A DNA stretch of 64,000 bases from an uncultured Gemmatimonadales bacterium (GTDB lineage Bacteria > Gemmatimonadota > Gemmatimonadetes > Gemmatimonadales > Gemmatimonadaceae): positions 1,568,001-1,632,000 of the forward strand of contig OY969695.1 of the NCBI GenBank assembly GCA_963701965.1, in the 5' to 3' direction. Each line of letters starts with the position of its first letter. The stretch's first letter is position 1. Positions 18,123 through 31,610 of the stretch are shown here, one piece after another. The position numbers and the translations under genes are program-made. The notes below the pieces were generated by a model. It did not search any database. It worked only from the letters and a program-made list of their open reading frames with translations, and was not told where the DNA came from.

Positions 18123-19412
18123 TTGCATCCACTTCTCCGACCCGCGTACGCCGGGGTCGCCACTCTGGCGACCGCGGCCGCGGGTGCACTTGGGACCTGG
18201 CACCCCACGGGCCCCAAGTGGTTGCGGGCGCTCGGCGCCCGCGCGGGCCTCGATGCCCGATATCGCGCCTGGGGCACCACATACCGTGATCGGGCGCGGC
18301 CGCTGGTTTGGATGCACGCGCCGTCCGTGGGAGAGGCGCTCCAAGCCCGCTCCGTCATCGAGCTCATCCGGGCGGAGCGCCCCTCCTTCCAAGTCGCCTT
18401 CACGTTCTTCTCGCCCAGCGCCGAGGCGCTGGCCAAAAGCCTGACCGAGCGCGGACTCGTCGACTTCGCGGATTACTTGCCGTTCGACGACACGCGGAGT
18501 GTGGACGAGGTCCTCGACGCCTTGGCACCGACCGCGCTGGTGTTCAGCAAACTCGACATCTGGCCGGTGCTCGTCGAGCGCGCGTCGCGTCGCGGGATCC
18601 GGGTGGGATTGATCAGCGCCACCATGAGCGCGACGTCGTCCCGGGGGCGACCCATGGCCCGGGCCGTCCTGGGCGACGCCTACGCGCGACTCGACGCGGT
18701 CGGGGCCATCGACGCCGCGGACGCGGATCGCTTGGTGGCCCTCGGCGCCCGGCGCGAGACAGTCGATGTCACCGGCGACACGCGCTACGACCAGGTGTGG
18801 CGCACCGCGACCGGTGTCGCGGCCGGTTCGTTTCCGCAGCTCGACGCGCGCTATACGTGCGTCGCGGGCTCGACGTGGCCGTCCGACGAGCACGTACTGC
18901 TGCCGGGATGGCTGGGGTCCGACTCCCGGTTGGTCGTCGCGCCGCATGAACCGACACCCGTACACCTGGCGCCACTCGACGCCTGGGCCGCGACCCATGG
19001 CGTCACCTCCGGACATCTGTCGACGCTCCATCACCGCGCCGATCTGGTGGTCGTCGACAGCGTGGGCATGCTGGGGAAGCTCTACGCCCGCGCCAATGTG
19101 GCGTACGTCGGCGGCGGGTTCCACGCGGCGGGACTGCACTCCGTCATCGAGCCGGCGGCCTTCGGCGTCCCGGTCTTGTTTGGCCCGCGACATCAGGGCA
19201 GCCGGGACGCGGGACTCCTGCTGGCGGCGGGTGGGGCGCGGGTCGTCGAGCGACCCGAGGACGTCCACCGGGATTTGAGCGAATGGGCCAGCGACCCGGC
19301 CCGCCGCCGCGCGGCCGGCGAAGCGGCGCGCGAGGTCGTCCGTCAGGGTCTCGGCGCCGCGCGACGCTCGTTGTCCCTGGTCGACCGACTCATGGGCGGC
19401 ACCGCGGGCTGA
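18123..19412 (+). CDS. waaA: 3-deoxy-D-manno-octulosonic acid (Kdo) transferase
   Basis: VWMHAPSVGE, YLPFD, GDTRYD, AGSTW, APHE, AYVGGGF...HSVIEPAAFGVPVLFGP. Confidence 0.93.
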   Translation: MHPLLRPAYAGVATLATAAAGALGTWHPTGPKWLRALGARAGLDARYRAWGTTYRDRARPLVWMHAPSVGEALQARSVIELIRAERPSFQVAFTFFSPSAEALAKSLTERGLVDFADYLPFDDTRSVDEVLDALAPTALVFSKLDIWPVLVERASRRGIRVGLISATMSATSSRGRPMARAVLGDAYARLDAVGAIDAADADRLVALGARRETVDVTGDTRYDQVWRTATGVAAGSFPQLDARYTCVAGSTWPSDEHVLLPGWLGSDSRLVVAPHEPTPVHLAPLDAWAATHGVTSGHLSTLHHRADLVVVDSVGMLGKLYARANVAYVGGGFHAAGLHSVIEPAAFGVPVLFGPRHQGSRDAGLLLAAGGARVVERPEDVHRDLSEWASDPARRRAAGEAAREVVRQGLGAARRSLSLVDRLMGGTAG

Positions 19413-20593
19413 TAGGTCATCACTTCGGTCGACCGATTGACGAAGAATCCCTGGACCAGATGCACGCCGAGTCCCTGAACGACGGCGAATTCTTCGGCAC
19501 GCTCGACGCCCTCGGCGATCATCTTGGCATCTTGCTCGTTGGCGAAGCGGACCATGGTCTCGACCAGGTTGCGCTTGGTGGCACTGGTATCGATGCCCGA
19601 GATCAGTGAGCTATCGAGCTTGATGAAGTCGGGCTCCAGGTTGGCGATCGACCCGAGGCCGGCGTAGCCACTGCCCGCGTCGTCGACCGCGACGCGAAAT
19701 CCGCGACTCCGGAACTCCTGCATCCGCTCGCGAAACTTGGGATAGTCCTTGATCGCCGTGCGCTCGGTAATTTCGAGCACGATGCGGCTGGCGTCGGCGA
19801 TGTTGTCTTCGCGAAACTCCGGATCGGCGAAGTCGTGCGGCTCGACGTTGAGAAACAGCAGCTGCCCCGGCGCCAGACGTCCGATCTGCTCCAATGCCCT
19901 GGCCCGGCACAGGCGACTCAGCTCCCACATCACGTGGGCCTCGGCCGCCACTTCGAACATCACCATGGGGTTCCGCAGGGTCCGGCGCATCCCCCGGGCC
20001 AGCGCCTCGTAGCCGAACACATCGCCGGACTCGGCGATCACGATGGGGTGAAAATCGACGTACACCGCGCGATCGCGAATGCTGGATTTGAGGTCGCCGA
20101 TGCGGCGCAGGCGCTCGCGCTGCTCGACATCGCCGGCGGCCTTGGCCGCCTCACGCATGGCCCGATAGACGAGGCGTTCCGGCCGCATCCGCGGTTCCAG
20201 CCGCACGCGCGACCGTCCCACGTACATCTCGGCCAACACCGCGATCTCTTCGCCGTGGGCGGCTTCGATACGGGCGGTCACCATGCGCTGCACGGTGTCG
20301 ACGAGCTCCTGACTTTCGCCGTCGCCGACCACGGGCACGTGTACGACGAGGAACCGGTCATCGTGCGGGAACGACGTCAGGGCCCGCGCCACGGTCAGGG
20401 CTCTGGTGGCGAGACACTCCTGGACCGCGCCCGCCGTGGTCTCGAGGACGGCGTCCACCTTTTCCCAGCCGTAGATCTCCTCGATCTTGCGGAAGCGCAC
20501 GAAGTCGAAGTACAGCACCACGAGCTCACCGCGCTCCTGCAACAGTGCGTTGATCTCGTCGATCGCTTCGGCGATCGTGGGAAGCACCGCCAC
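19343..20593 (-). CDS. EAL-domain c-di-GMP phosphodiesterase with degenerate GGDEF domain
   Basis: GYEALAR, LFLNV, LEITE, DDAGSGY, IKLD, AEGVE, QGF. The N-terminal GGDEF-like domain has PHDDRF at the signature position. Confidence 0.88.
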   Translation of the reverse strand: MAVLPTIAEAIDEINALLQERGELVVLYFDFVRFRKIEEIYGWEKVDAVLETTAGAVQECLATRALTVARALTSFPHDDRFLVVHVPVVGDGESQELVDTVQRMVTARIEAAHGEEIAVLAEMYVGRSRVRLEPRMRPERLVYRAMREAAKAAGDVEQRERLRRIGDLKSSIRDRAVYVDFHPIVIAESGDVFGYEALARGMRRTLRNPMVMFEVAAEAHVMWELSRLCRARALEQIGRLAPGQLLFLNVEPHDFADPEFREDNIADASRIVLEITERTAIKDYPKFRERMQEFRSRGFRVAVDDAGSGYAGLGSIANLEPDFIKLDSSLISGIDTSATKRNLVETMVRFANEQDAKMIAEGVERAEEFAVVQGLGVHLVQGFFVNRSTEVMTYQPAVPPMSRSTRDNERRAAPRP

Positions 20594-20594
20594 C

Positions 20595-21239
20595 CTATTT
20601 TCTCGCGCCCACCAACCCGAGCGGCGTCCACGCCACGGAGAATCCGATGCCGGGATCGTTGGGCAAATTGTTGGCGCCCCCGAACGTGCCGAGCAGGCGC
20701 AGCGCGAACTGGGGGGTCAGCTCGAAGTTGCCACCGATGTCGAACCCCACGCCGAGCTTGGTCGATCCATCGCCAAAGGACGAATGATCGATGGACAGGC
20801 GCGGCTCGACGAACGGCGTGATGGCCAGCTGGTTCTTCAACGGGAACCGGTGACCCACGGACAGACCGAACGGAATGCGCAGCACGTTGGCGTTGCCCGG
20901 CGCGTCATAGATGCCGCCCGTCAGCAAGAAATCGAGTGGCACCTCGGCGGATTCGCGGGCGATCTGGTAGCCCAGCGATCCGCCCAGCAGGGCGTGCGTA
21001 TCGTCGTGCGATGGGCTCACGAATCCGACTTCCAGCTCGCCCTGCAGATTGGGCGCGATGCCTTCCCGCCATTGCGCCAGGAGACCGGTGCCTCCGTCGC
21101 CGCCGTTGAAGACGGCGAAGTTGAATTCGCGGCTGACGACGCGGGGGGGCTGGAACGCGGGGTAGTTCCACGCCTGGCCCCAGGCGCGGAGTGGCAGCAA
21201 CAGGACACACACGAGCGGAAGACGAAAGCTGCGCATCAT
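20595..21239 (-). CDS. Hypothetical outer-membrane beta-barrel protein
   Basis: Signal peptide (AWG-Q); alternating beta strands; IGFSVAW near the C-terminus. Confidence 0.65.
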   Translation of the reverse strand: MMRSFRLPLVCVLLLPLRAWGQAWNYPAFQPPRVVSREFNFAVFNGGDGGTGLLAQWREGIAPNLQGELEVGFVSPSHDDTHALLGGSLGYQIARESAEVPLDFLLTGGIYDAPGNANVLRIPFGLSVGHRFPLKNQLAITPFVEPRLSIDHSSFGDGSTKLGVGFDIGGNFELTPQFALRLLGTFGGANNLPNDPGIGFSVAWTPLGLVGARK

Positions 21240-21865
21240 TCGGAATGGCTCCGGAGTTGGTACGAAAGGCCCGCGCCGAACAGGCCATGACGGCGACCGC
21301 CGATCTCGGCGCCCACGATCACGCCGAGACGCGGAGACATCGCCAGCTCGACGCCGGCGCTCACGCGGAACTCGCCGTAGGTGGTGCTCGGCGCGTCTCG
21401 CACGAGCGTGCGTTCGATAAGCAAAAATGGCGCGAGTGAGACGGCGATGCTACGGGACCCGCTCAATCCGGCGCGCCACCCGATCGCCGCGCCAATGGGA
21501 ACGTCGAGTGCTGTCGTGTCGCCCGACGCGCTGGTGCCGCCAATGCCCGCGAATGCCGCGGCGCCCCACGCGCCGCCGCGGGCCAGGAGTGGCAACGGCA
21601 CGGCAATGCGCGCACCGTACTGGAGCATTCGGGAACTGCTCGCGAACGTCGTGCCGGCGCCCGCGTTGAGTTGCCACGACGTCGACGGCGGGGCCCAGGA
21701 CGCGGCGCCCCCGAGAAAACCGGCGCTGCCCGAGCCCCCGGCATTGATGCCGACGCCAATGCCGGGCGCCACGAAGGGACTCTGCAGGACGGGGAGGAGA
21801 GGGATCTGCGCCCGCAGTGCCGGCGCGAGTGCGAGACTCGGGAACAGCACCCACAGGCTTCTCAT
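21236..21865 (-). CDS. Hypothetical outer-membrane beta-barrel protein
   Basis: Signal peptide (LRA-Q); Gly-rich amphipathic strands; FGAGLSYQL near the C-terminus; 4-bp overlap with the next gene. Confidence 0.6.
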   Translation of the reverse strand: MRSLWVLFPSLALAPALRAQIPLLPVLQSPFVAPGIGVGINAGGSGSAGFLGGAASWAPPSTSWQLNAGAGTTFASSSRMLQYGARIAVPLPLLARGGAWGAAAFAGIGGTSASGDTTALDVPIGAAIGWRAGLSGSRSIAVSLAPFLLIERTLVRDAPSTTYGEFRVSAGVELAMSPRLGVIVGAEIGGRRHGLFGAGLSYQLRSHSE

Positions 21866-21888
21866 CCTCGGAGGTCCCCCACGTCGCC

Positions 21889-22133
21889 CTAAGCCTCGCT
21901 GGCGCGCTCCGTAACGATGCGCACGTGGTTGTCGACGACTTGCAGGACGCCGCCCTCGACGGTGAACCGCTGGCTCGCCCCGAGTCGTAACACGCCGGTT
22001 CCCAACATGGTGACCATCGCCGCGTGGCGCGGGAGGATGCCGACTTCCCCGTCGAACGCCGGTGCCCGCACCGACTCGACTTCGCCCTCGAAGACGACGC
22101 GCTCGGGCGAGACCACGGACACGTGGAGTGGCA

Positions 22134-22134
<1 letters not shown>
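21889..22134 (-). CDS. atpC: F1 ATP synthase epsilon subunit, short 81-aa form
   Basis: ATG 22134 overlaps the atpD stop. LHVSVVSPER, GEVGILPRHA, VEGGVLQV. Confidence 0.92.
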
Positions 22135-24427
<2,293 letters not shown>

Positions 24428-24428
24428 G

Positions 24429-26012
<1,584 letters not shown>

Positions 26013-26054
26013 GATTTGGGGGGGGGTCGCAGGGTGCTCGAGTCAGCTACTACA

Positions 26055-26090
26055 GCTTGTGAAAAATATCACAAGCGGACGGTGTTGCAA
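26055..26090 (-). promoter_or_regulatory. atpA promoter with overlapping Rex-type (or CRP-family) operator
   Basis: Palindrome GCTTGTGA-AAAATA-TCACAAGC at 26055-26076, one mismatch to the Rex consensus TTGTGAAnnnnTTCACAA. Minus strand TTGCAA, 16 nt, TATTTT with extended TGn lies inside it. Confidence 0.75.
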
Positions 26091-26092
26091 CC

Positions 26093-26851
26093 CTATCGGA
26101 CGTATGACGCGCCATTTATGTCTATAGTCGTCCCTGTCGCGTGGGGCGCAAGGCCGGACGCGAGGAAGGCGACGACGTTCGCGACGTCCTGCGGGGGCGC
26201 CATGGTGCCCATGGGATTATCCCGCATGAGAGCTTCCATACCGGACAGTTGAATCGCCGGTTCGGCCATTTCGGTCCGGACCCATCCCGGCGCCACCCCA
26301 TAGGCCAGCACCCGGTCACGCCCGTAGCCGCGGGCGATGCTCTTGGTCAGCGCGACGACCGCGCCTTTTGACGCGGCGTAGTGCATATAGTGCGGCTCAT
26401 CGCCGCGGAACGCCGCCCGGCTCGACACATTGATGATCGTCCCGCCGCCCCGCCCCCGAAAATGCCCGATGGCTTCGCGGCAGAGATCGGCGACGGCGAC
26501 GACATTGATCCGCCACGTCATATCCCACGCCGCCCGCCAGGCGGCCGTCGGATCGTCCGGCCCCACGTCGATCGCCACCCCGGCGTTGTTGACCAAGACA
26601 TCGACGTGTCCCTTCCATGCGATCGCGGCCCGCCATAACGTCTCGCCGGCACCGACCGCATCGAGCGGCGCACCCACGGCGTGGCAGCATCCATCCCTTA
26701 ACTCGGACACGATCTTGTCCGCCGCGTCCCGGCGAGACCCGTAGTGGAGCACGACTTGGGCGCCGGCGGCGGCCACGGTCCGCACGATGGCCTCGCCAAT
26801 GCCGCGCGATCCGCCGGTCACGAGCACAACCTTCCCAGAGAGATCAATCAC
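26093..26851 (-). CDS. SDR family NAD(P)-dependent oxidoreductase
   Basis: TGGSRGIG, NNAG, YAASK, PGW. Confidence 0.93.
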   Translation of the reverse strand: MIDLSGKVVLVTGGSRGIGEAIVRTVAAAGAQVVLHYGSRRDAADKIVSELRDGCCHAVGAPLDAVGAGETLWRAAIAWKGHVDVLVNNAGVAIDVGPDDPTAAWRAAWDMTWRINVVAVADLCREAIGHFRGRGGGTIINVSSRAAFRGDEPHYMHYAASKGAVVALTKSIARGYGRDRVLAYGVAPGWVRTEMAEPAIQLSGMEALMRDNPMGTMAPPQDVANVVAFLASGLAPHATGTTIDINGASYVR

Positions 26852-26873
26852 GCCGAGGAGCTTAGGCGATCCC

Positions 26874-26902
26874 TTGCCGAATATCCACCGGCGACGTATG
26901 TT
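26874..26902 (+). promoter_or_regulatory. sigma70-type promoter of the cold-shock gene
   Basis: TTGCCG, 17 nt, TATGTT, about 60 nt upstream of the ATG. Confidence 0.55.
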
Positions 26903-26962
26903 CGCCCCCTTCCGTGGTGGTTAACTGTACGTTCGACACTTTTGCTTGACGGGTAGCGCACA

Positions 26963-27175
26963 ATGCGTACGACGGGCACGGTCAAGTGGTTCAACGACGC
27001 CAAGGGCTTCGGATTCATCACACCGGAGGGCGGACAGAAGGATTGCTTCGTCCACCATTCCGCGATTCAGGGCAAGGGCTTCAAGTCCCTCGCCGAAGGT
27101 GAGCGGGTGGAGTTCGAGATCGTTCAAGGTCAGAAGGGGCCCGCGGCCGAGAACGTGACGAAGATCGCACGCTAG
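26963..27175 (+). CDS. cspA: Cold-shock protein (CspA family)
   Basis: [29 protein letters not shown]. Confidence 0.96.
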   Translation: MRTTGTVKWFNDAKGFGFITPEGGQKDCFVHHSAIQGKGFKSLAEGERVEFEIVQGQKGPAAENVTKIAR

Positions 27176-27197
27176 CTCGGCCGACGGTCGTCCGTCG

Positions 27198-27764
27198 TCA
27201 CAGTTGGGCGTGGCGGAAGCACCGGAGCAAGTGATCATTCACGAGCCCGACCGCCTGCATGTACGAGTAGATGATCGTCGTACCAACGAACGAAAACCCA
27301 CGCGAACGGAGATCGGCGCTCAGCGCGTCTGACTGCACCGTTCGCGTGGGAACGTCGCCGATGGATCTCCGGCGCCGCGCGACGGGCCGGCCGCCCACGA
27401 ATGTCCATACATACCCATCGAACGTCCCAAATTCGTCTTGAATTTGGAGAAACGCGCGCGCGTTACTGATCGCCGACGCGATCTTCTGCCGGTTGCGGAT
27501 GATGCCGGGATCGGCCAGCAATCGCGCCGCGGTGCGCGGGGTGAACTTGGCGACCTGTTGCGGGTCGAAGTCCGCGAACGCGGCGCGGTAGGTATCGCGG
27601 CGCTTGAGGATCATCTCCCACGACAACCCCGCCTGCGCCCCTTCGAGGATCAGGAACTCGAAATGGGTCTGGTCCCAATGGACCGGCACGCCCCATTCCC
27701 GATCGTGGTACGCGATCATGCCCTCGGATCGCGCCCAAGGGCAGCGCGCGAGCTCAGTCGGCAC
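27198..27764 (-). CDS. tag: DNA-3-methyladenine glycosylase I
   Basis: Start trimmed to GTG 27764. RCPW, YHDREWG, LEGAQAGLSW, IIRNRQKI, FVG, MQAVGLVNDH...C. Confidence 0.95.
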   Translation of the reverse strand: MPTELARCPWARSEGMIAYHDREWGVPVHWDQTHFEFLILEGAQAGLSWEMILKRRDTYRAAFADFDPQQVAKFTPRTAARLLADPGIIRNRQKIASAISNARAFLQIQDEFGTFDGYVWTFVGGRPVARRRRSIGDVPTRTVQSDALSADLRSRGFSFVGTTIIYSYMQAVGLVNDHLLRCFRHAQL

Positions 27765-29187
27765 TGGAGAGAGGCGCGGCCACCGCTTCCAGCGGCCGCC
27801 GTTCGGAGCGGAGCCCCAAGACCATCTCGGTGCCGGCCGCGAGCACCATGAACGCCGCGCCGGCCAGATAGCCGTACACGATGGATGACCGTTCCCCGCT
27901 GGCGATGAGCCGCCCGAATATCCAGGGCGAGGCGACGCCGCCGAGCAGTGTGCCGGTGGCGTAGAAAACGGCGATCGCCTGGGCGCGAATTTCCAGGGGA
28001 AAACTCTCGCTGATCGTAAGGTATGCCGAGCTGGCCGCCGCCAATGCGAAGAAAAAGATAAGGGTCCACATCCCCGTTTGGGTGGCGGCCGTGAACGCAT
28101 CGCGCCCAAACAGAACAGCCGCCAGGGCCAGGAGCAGACCGGAGAGTGCATAGGTCCCCGTGATCATCGGCCGCCGGCCCAGCGTATCGAACCACCGCCC
28201 CAGGAGCAAGGGTCCCGCGAAGTTCCCCACGGCGAACGGCAACAAGTACCACCCGACGCGCGCCGCCGGCACGTCGTAGAATTTCGACAGGACGAGCGCG
28301 TAGGTGAAGAAGATCGCGTTGTAAAAGAAGGCTTGCGCCGCGATCAGGACCACGCCCAGGATCGTGCGCCGCCGATACGTGGTGAAGAGCGTGCGGGCGA
28401 CGGTGGCGAGCGACGCATGTCCGCGCAACGCCAGTCGGATCCGCGCCGTCACGGGCGCCAGCGCCGTGCCCGACGAGGCGACGACCCGCGCCTCGATCTC
28501 CTCAATGGATCGCTGGGCGTCGGCGACGCGTCCGTGCACCATGAGCCAGCGCGGGCTCTCGGGGATGAAGCGGCGGAGGGGGAGGATGCCCAGTCCCAGC
28601 AGCGCGCCCAATCCGAACGCGGTCCGCCAGCCAATGTCGGGCGGGAGGCGCCCCGGATGGAGCACGACCAGCGTGCCGGCGGCGCCCAGCGCGGCGCCGA
28701 TCCAGAAGCTGCCGTTGATGGCGATGTCCGTCCGGCCACGAAAGCGGGCCGGGATCAGCTCCTGGATCGCCGAATTGATCGCGGTGCCCTCGCCGCCAAT
28801 GCCGGCGCCCGTGATGAATCGGAACGCCGCCAGGCTCCAGAAATCCCACGAGAACGCCGTGGCGGCCGTCCCGATCAGGTAGACGCCGAGCGTCACCATG
28901 AAGAGCCGTTTGCGGCCCAGGCGATCGGTCAGCCACCCGAACCCCAGCGCGCCGGCCACGACCCCGAACAGGTAGGCGCTGGCCGTGGCGCCGACCTGCG
29001 TCGCATCGAGGTGCATCGTGGGGCTCTCGCGGAGCGCCGAGCCGACCGCGCCGGCGAGGGTCACCTCGAGGCCATCCAGGATCCACGTAATCCCCAAGGC
29101 CAGCACCACCAGGGAGTGGAACGCGCTCCACGGCAGCCGGTCGAGCCGGCCCGGAATATCCGTCTCGAACGCAGCGGCGCGGGGCAT
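27754..29187 (-). CDS. MFS transporter
   Basis: About 12 TM helices; GWLTDRLGRKR motif A; GAGIGGE; IPESPRWL; ESFPLEIRA. Confidence 0.93.
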   Translation of the reverse strand: MPRAAAFETDIPGRLDRLPWSAFHSLVVLALGITWILDGLEVTLAGAVGSALRESPTMHLDATQVGATASAYLFGVVAGALGFGWLTDRLGRKRLFMVTLGVYLIGTAATAFSWDFWSLAAFRFITGAGIGGEGTAINSAIQELIPARFRGRTDIAINGSFWIGAALGAAGTLVVLHPGRLPPDIGWRTAFGLGALLGLGILPLRRFIPESPRWLMVHGRVADAQRSIEEIEARVVASSGTALAPVTARIRLALRGHASLATVARTLFTTYRRRTILGVVLIAAQAFFYNAIFFTYALVLSKFYDVPAARVGWYLLPFAVGNFAGPLLLGRWFDTLGRRPMITGTYALSGLLLALAAVLFGRDAFTAATQTGMWTLIFFFALAAASSAYLTISESFPLEIRAQAIAVFYATGTLLGGVASPWIFGRLIASGERSSIVYGYLAGAAFMVLAAGTEMVLGLRSERRPLEAVAAPLSSAD

Positions 29188-29223
29188 GCAGCGTCGCCTG
29201 TGCACAGCTTATGCTAGGAGCCT

Positions 29224-31575
29224 ATGGACGCGTCGTTTCGGAGCATTGGCCGGCGCCTGACCCTCCGGCTGTTCGGTCTCTCGATCATCTGCTGGTGGGT
29301 GGTGGGGTTCACCTTCTCCGCCCTGTGGTGGCTGACGAACGCCTACCAGCTGGCGTGGATCATCTTCTGCTACGCCTGGGAAGTCCCGCTCGTCGGCTGG
29401 ACCGGCGTCGTCCTCATCCCGTGGCTCCGGTGGCGGGCCATCGGCCGCGCGCTCTCCGCGAACGACCCGCGATCCGTGCGACAACTCTCGCGGTACCCGC
29501 AGTTCCTGGGGACGTGCGCCATCGCCACGAGCAGTGTGGGCTACGCCATCGGCGCGGTGCAGCTCATCGTGTTCGCGCACATGCCCTGGGTCGAGTCCCT
29601 CAAGATGTGCGTGCAGGGCGTGCTCCTGGGCGCGGTCCTCGGTGCCGCGGTGGCGCTGGAGGCCGAACGCGCCACGCGCGCGGTCGCGCTGGGTGATGCG
29701 CTCCGGAGCGTCGCCACCTCCGATCCGATCCGCCATACGCTGGCGACCAAGATCCGATACTTCACGATCGTGATTGCCCTCGGGGCGGCGCTGCCGATCC
29801 TGCTCTTCAGCTTGTCGCTGGAGCAGCGGCGCCTGGAGGAGACGCGCGGCATCGCCCTCTCGCACGAGTTGGCGACGCGGCCGACGGTCGGCGCACTGCC
29901 GGCGTTCGGGCCTCACACCAGTGTGTTCGCGACGGGGCCCGTGCCGCGCAACGCGGCGACGATCGCCGTCGGCGACGTGGTGATCGACGCCGATCGGAGC
30001 CTGTCCGCCGATACCGCGGGGTGGTTCGCCAGCCGGTTCGATGGTCACCGGGTCGTCGCGTTCCGGCGCGAGGCGGGCGGGCTCCTGGTCGCCGTCTCTC
30101 CGCTCGCCGACTATAGCCAGGGGTTGGTGACGACGTTGGTGCAGGTGGGGAGCGTGTGCCTGGTGGCGCTCGTCATCGCGTATCTCCTGGCCTTGTCTTT
30201 CGCCCGGAGCTTGGTCGAACCGCTGCAGCGGCTGCAACACGCGGCCGCCGAGATGGCGGAGGGCAAGCGGGACGTCGGCGCGGTGGCGGCGTTGGGCGGC
30301 GACGAAGTGGCGGCGCTCACGCGGCGATTCGACGCCATGGCGGCGCGGGTGCGTGAGGACGAGGCCAGCCTTCGGGCCGCCCAGGATCAGCTGGTGCAGT
30401 CCGAGAAATTGTCGGCCGTCGGCCGGGTCGTGTCGGGCATCGCGCACGAGTTGAACAATCCGCTCACCGCCATCCTGCATTTCGCCGACAACCTGCTGAG
30501 CGAGAGCGGCCATTCGGCGGGCGATCGCGAGATGCTGCAGTCGGTGGGGACCCAGGCCCGCCGCGCGCGGGCCATCGTCCGGGACCTCCTCTCGTTCGTG
30601 CGCGCCCGCACGCATCCGCAGGAAGCCGCGGACATCCACGACGTCATCCGCGATGCCGCCCGGGCGGTGGCGCCGGCCGTCGCCGAGGCCGGCGCCGCGT
30701 TCGTGCTGGCCGGCGATACCGGCGTGCCGTTGGTGCGCATCGACGCGTTGGGTATCGAGCAAGTGCTGACCAACATCATCGTCAACGGCGCCCAGGCCGC
30801 CGGCGCGGGCGGTGTCGTCGGGGTCTCCGTGTCCGTCGACGGCGACCGGGTGCATCTCTCGGTCGCCGACAGTGGTCCCGGGATCCCGCCCGAGGTGATG
30901 CCGCGCATCTTCGAGCCGTTTTTCACGACCAAAGGCCCCGGCAAGGGTACCGGCCTCGGCCTCGCCGTCTCCACGGGGGTCGTCCAGCAGCACGGAGGCC
31001 GGCTCACCGCCGAGAACCGTCCGGGTGGCGGCGCGATCTTCACCCTCGATGTGCCGGTGCATCCCGACCAGGCCGCGGCCGCGATCGCGCTCCGCGACCG
31101 GCGGGAACGCCTCGCGCGGGAAGAGGCGGCGGCCCGGGCGGCGCGCGCGGCGCAGGAGAATGGCGCCCGGGGCCCGCGGGAGACGGTCATGGTGATCGAC
31201 GACGAGGAGCCGATCCGCACGGCGCTCCGCCTCTTTCTCGAGCGCAGCGGGTGGGCGGTCGAGGAAGCGTCTAGCGGACACGTGGCGCTGGCGACGCTGC
31301 TGTCGGCGCCGGCCGATTCCTACCGGGCCGTGATCACCGACCTCACCATGCCGGATATGACGGGCATGCAGATTCACGACACACTCGCCGCCATGCGGCC
31401 CGACCTGTGGTCGCGGCTCATCATCGCCACCGGCGAAACGGTGTCCGATGCCGTCGTGTCGTTTCGGGCCCGGTCGGGCCGGCCGTTCCTGGAAAAACCA
31501 TTCGAGTTCGACGCGCTCGGCGACATCTTGGCGCAGATGCCCGGAGCGACGTCACACGCACGCGACATGGCTTGA
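29224..31575 (+). CDS. Hybrid sensor histidine kinase (multi-TM, HAMP, HisKA, HATPase, receiver)
   Basis: AHELNNPL, DSGPGI, FFTTK, GTGLGL; receiver VIDDE...TDLTMPD...KP. Confidence 0.93.
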   Translation: MDASFRSIGRRLTLRLFGLSIICWWVVGFTFSALWWLTNAYQLAWIIFCYAWEVPLVGWTGVVLIPWLRWRAIGRALSANDPRSVRQLSRYPQFLGTCAIATSSVGYAIGAVQLIVFAHMPWVESLKMCVQGVLLGAVLGAAVALEAERATRAVALGDALRSVATSDPIRHTLATKIRYFTIVIALGAALPILLFSLSLEQRRLEETRGIALSHELATRPTVGALPAFGPHTSVFATGPVPRNAATIAVGDVVIDADRSLSADTAGWFASRFDGHRVVAFRREAGGLLVAVSPLADYSQGLVTTLVQVGSVCLVALVIAYLLALSFARSLVEPLQRLQHAAAEMAEGKRDVGAVAALGGDEVAALTRRFDAMAARVREDEASLRAAQDQLVQSEKLSAVGRVVSGIAHELNNPLTAILHFADNLLSESGHSAGDREMLQSVGTQARRARAIVRDLLSFVRARTHPQEAADIHDVIRDAARAVAPAVAEAGAAFVLAGDTGVPLVRIDALGIEQVLTNIIVNGAQAAGAGGVVGVSVSVDGDRVHLSVADSGPGIPPEVMPRIFEPFFTTKGPGKGTGLGLAVSTGVVQQHGGRLTAENRPGGGAIFTLDVPVHPDQAAAAIALRDRRERLAREEAAARAARAAQENGARGPRETVMVIDDEEPIRTALRLFLERSGWAVEEASSGHVALATLLSAPADSYRAVITDLTMPDMTGMQIHDTLAAMRPDLWSRLIIATGETVSDAVVSFRARSGRPFLEKPFEFDALGDILAQMPGATSHARDMA

Positions 31576-31610
31576 CGCGCCCGCCGGGGAGCGCATTGCT
31601 TCCAGGCCAT

